Shown here piece by piece: positions 44,927-46,875 of a DNA stretch of 46,875 bases. The position numbers were made by a program, and so were the translations under genes. The stretch's first letter is position 1; every line of letters begins with the position of its first letter. The notes beneath the pieces are model-generated. The model ran no database searches, had not been told where the DNA came from, and saw only the letters and a program-made list of their open reading frames with translations. Origin of the DNA: a virus (taxonomy: Duplodnaviria > Heunggongvirae > Uroviricota > Caudoviricetes); the IMG/VR virus record IMGVR_UViG_3300033068_001916. The stretch is one strand, 5' to 3'.

Positions 44927-45673
44927 ATGCCAAAATTATATAAAGTTGGAGGTTGTGTCAGAGATGCAATACTCGGAATAGATTCCAAAGATATAGATTT
45001 TACATTTGTACTTGATGATCTGAACCAAACAGTAGAGGAAGGATTTCAAGGAATGGATGACTGGATGTCAGAAAATGGATTTGAGATATTTCTTAGAGTA
45101 CCTGAAATGTACACCATCAGAGCAAGATTTCCCAAAGGTGATCCAAATGAGAAACTTGTGGCTGACTTTGTTATGGCAAGAAAAGAGGTTGGCTACATAG
45201 AAGGAACCAGAAGACCAAAGCTTGAACTTGGAACTCTTGAGGATGATCTAATCAGAAGAGACTTCACAATCAATGCAATGGCTGAGGATGAGGAAGGTGA
45301 TCTTATAGACCTATTTGATGGAGTGGACGATCTTAGAGTTGGGGTTCTAAGAACACCCAGGGATCCAATGATAACATTCATGGATGACCCGCTAAGAATC
45401 ATGAGATGTTTTAGATTTCATATAACTAAGGATCTCGTCATATGTGACGATATTTGGGAGGCTATGAAACAAAAGGAGCTTTTAAATAAACTCGAGATGA
45501 CTGTAAGTTATGAAAGAATTAGAGAAGAGCTTAATAAGATGCTGGTTTTTGATACGGTAAAAACAATAAGATTAATCAACGAGGTAGATTCCGCGGTTAT
45601 TCCGGGATTTCTGAATTTATTGTTTTCTGGAGATTTATGGTTATCTGCAACTTTTAAGAAACGATCCATTTAG
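44927..45673 (+). CDS. Class II tRNA nucleotidyltransferase/poly(A) polymerase family protein (short)
   Basis: VGGCVRD, KDIDF, DLIRRDFTINAM, DDPLRIMR. Confidence 0.9.
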   Translation: MPKLYKVGGCVRDAILGIDSKDIDFTFVLDDLNQTVEEGFQGMDDWMSENGFEIFLRVPEMYTIRARFPKGDPNEKLVADFVMARKEVGYIEGTRRPKLELGTLEDDLIRRDFTINAMAEDEEGDLIDLFDGVDDLRVGVLRTPRDPMITFMDDPLRIMRCFRFHITKDLVICDDIWEAMKQKELLNKLEMTVSYERIREELNKMLVFDTVKTIRLINEVDSAVIPGFLNLLFSGDLWLSATFKKRSI

Positions 45674-45724
45674 ATCTCTTCGCGCATTGGATCCGATGTG
45701 GATATATACTATAAAAAATATATT

Positions 45725-46600
45725 ATGTATCAGAAATGGGAGGATCTGGAGATTGATTTTATAAAGGAGAAATATGAATCCGGATTTGATTTACACGATG
45801 TTTATGATCTATACATTAGTACATTTGGAAACAAAAGAACTAAGACATCCATATGGCTGCTTATAAAGAGGAAAAAATTTAAACATACGGAGGAACAAAC
45901 ATTGATAATAAAAAGAAAAAATAGATCCGGTGAAAAAAATGGAATGTTTGGGAAGGAACCGTGGTCGAAGGGGAAAACTAAGGAAACATCAGAAAAAATA
46001 AAGATAGCTAGTGAAAAAATTTCAGAAACAAGAAAGGATCTTTATAAAAAAGGTATATTGGATGTTAGTGGAGATAAGAATGGTATGTTTTCCAAAGATC
46101 CCTGGAACATTGGGAAAAATAAGAGTAATAGTGAAATAGTGAAAAGAATAGGCGAATGTGTTTCAGCTTATCAAAAGAATAGATGGTCTAATATGGATCA
46201 GATCGAAAAGGATGAAATAATAGGTAAATTAACCAAGAGTGCAAATAAAATTAAAAAAGATACCAGCATAGAAAAAATTATGGAAATCTTATTAATAAAT
46301 AATTCTATAGAGTATGAAAAACAATATAGGATAGGAAGATTTGTTACTGATTTCTTCATAAAAGAATCAAATATAGTAATAGAATGTCAGGGAGATTATT
46401 GGCATGCAAATCCGAAGATTTTTCTCGCTGAGCTAAATGAAACACAAAAAGCAAATGTCATAAGGGATACGAATAAGAAGAAATATATGTATGAAAATAA
46501 TATAGAATGTCTTTTTTTCTGGGAATATGATATAAAAAATAATATTGATTGGGTTACAAATGAAATATTAAAAAGAGTAAAACCAACATTCGAACAATGA
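45725..46600 (+). CDS. Free-standing homing-endonuclease-like protein (NUMOD-like repeats plus Vsr/DUF559-like nuclease)
   Basis: NGMFGKEPW and NGMFSKDPW repeats; TSIE...DF...IECQGDYWH...FFWE; GGATATATA at 45700. Confidence 0.8.
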   Translation: MYQKWEDLEIDFIKEKYESGFDLHDVYDLYISTFGNKRTKTSIWLLIKRKKFKHTEEQTLIIKRKNRSGEKNGMFGKEPWSKGKTKETSEKIKIASEKISETRKDLYKKGILDVSGDKNGMFSKDPWNIGKNKSNSEIVKRIGECVSAYQKNRWSNMDQIEKDEIIGKLTKSANKIKKDTSIEKIMEILLINNSIEYEKQYRIGRFVTDFFIKESNIVIECQGDYWHANPKIFLAELNETQKANVIRDTNKKKYMYENNIECLFFWEYDIKNNIDWVTNEILKRVKPTFEQ

Positions 46601-46875
46601 AAAAGAATCTAAAAAAGATAATCATGAATTCCGAGCTTCCACTTACTGGCGACCAGAACATCAGAATATTCGACAAGAATACCGCGGATAAGATAACTGA
46701 GGAGGGAAGGGAAGCAATAAAGATTGCTGCTGCTGGAATTTATGGAGAGATTGGTAATAAATCAGATTTCCAAAAAATGCTGGATATGTGGAATCCTATT
46801 GATTCTCTCGGTTCAGGAGAACCAGAGCAGCTAACTCAGGAAGATATCGACGAAAGACAAGCTTACCTAGATGAC
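46597..46875 (+). CDS. Hypothetical protein, runs off the right window edge
   Basis: ATG overlaps the upstream TGA; open for 93 codons to the edge (MKKNLKKIIMNSELP...). Confidence 0.65.
   Translation, partial: MKKNLKKIIMNSELPLTGDQNIRIFDKNTADKITEEGREAIKIAAAGIYGEIGNKSDFQKMLDMWNPIDSLGSGEPEQLTQEDIDERQAYLDD

Noticed and set aside
45663-45693. gatcca...tggatc inverted repeat before the second endonuclease
   Set aside because: Only 6 bp, with no matching structure at the other end of the gene, so not called as an element boundary.
1-46875. Alternative genetic code (TAG or TGA reassigned)
   Set aside because: Long conserved genes are intact under code 11 and TAG/TGA end many genes at sensible positions; the in-frame TAG cases at 12327 and 27581 are isolated.
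1-46875. tRNA, rRNA, tmRNA genes; reverse transcriptase, DGR or retron
   Set aside because: No T-loop/cloverleaf or rRNA-like tract was seen by eye, and no RT motif. A tRNAscan/Infernal run would be needed to exclude small RNAs fully.

Overview
AT-rich, gene-dense segment of a large phage genome, almost certainly infecting Bacteroidota. Host evidence: seven TAnnTTTG promoter boxes and a Flavobacterium-type outer-membrane beta-barrel gene. No tRNA, rRNA or CRISPR array was seen. The standout element is a ~6 kb integron-like cassette array (7924-13968) directly upstream of, and co-directional with, a short (267 aa) tyrosine recombinase that lacks the IntI-specific insertion. The array has 14 complete TAAC...GTTA hairpin sites plus one half site, separating 15 GTT...AAC segments (13 with small ORFs, 2 empty 29-bp segments). 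It departs from classical integrons in several ways: the hairpins fold best on the coding strand; they appear to belong to the downstream ORF and often supply its start codon; all 13 ORF-bearing segments have G at +11 and T at -11 (a G:T wobble); two hairpins carry a whole ORF in their loop; and one hairpin encodes a phage promoter motif plus a T4-like capsid-targeting leader. The rest of the window has GT6 and GT2-like glycosyltransferases, a NUDIX hydrolase, a Dda-like helicase, an RNA-repair toolkit (two RNA ligases, a phosphoesterase, an interrupted P-loop kinase, a CCA-adding-type enzyme), ClpP, two NUMOD-type homing endonucleases, probable capsid-packaged proteins with GGATATATA upstream motifs, and a five-member paralog family. 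All calls come from reading motifs by eye. No database search was run, so novelty is unverified.
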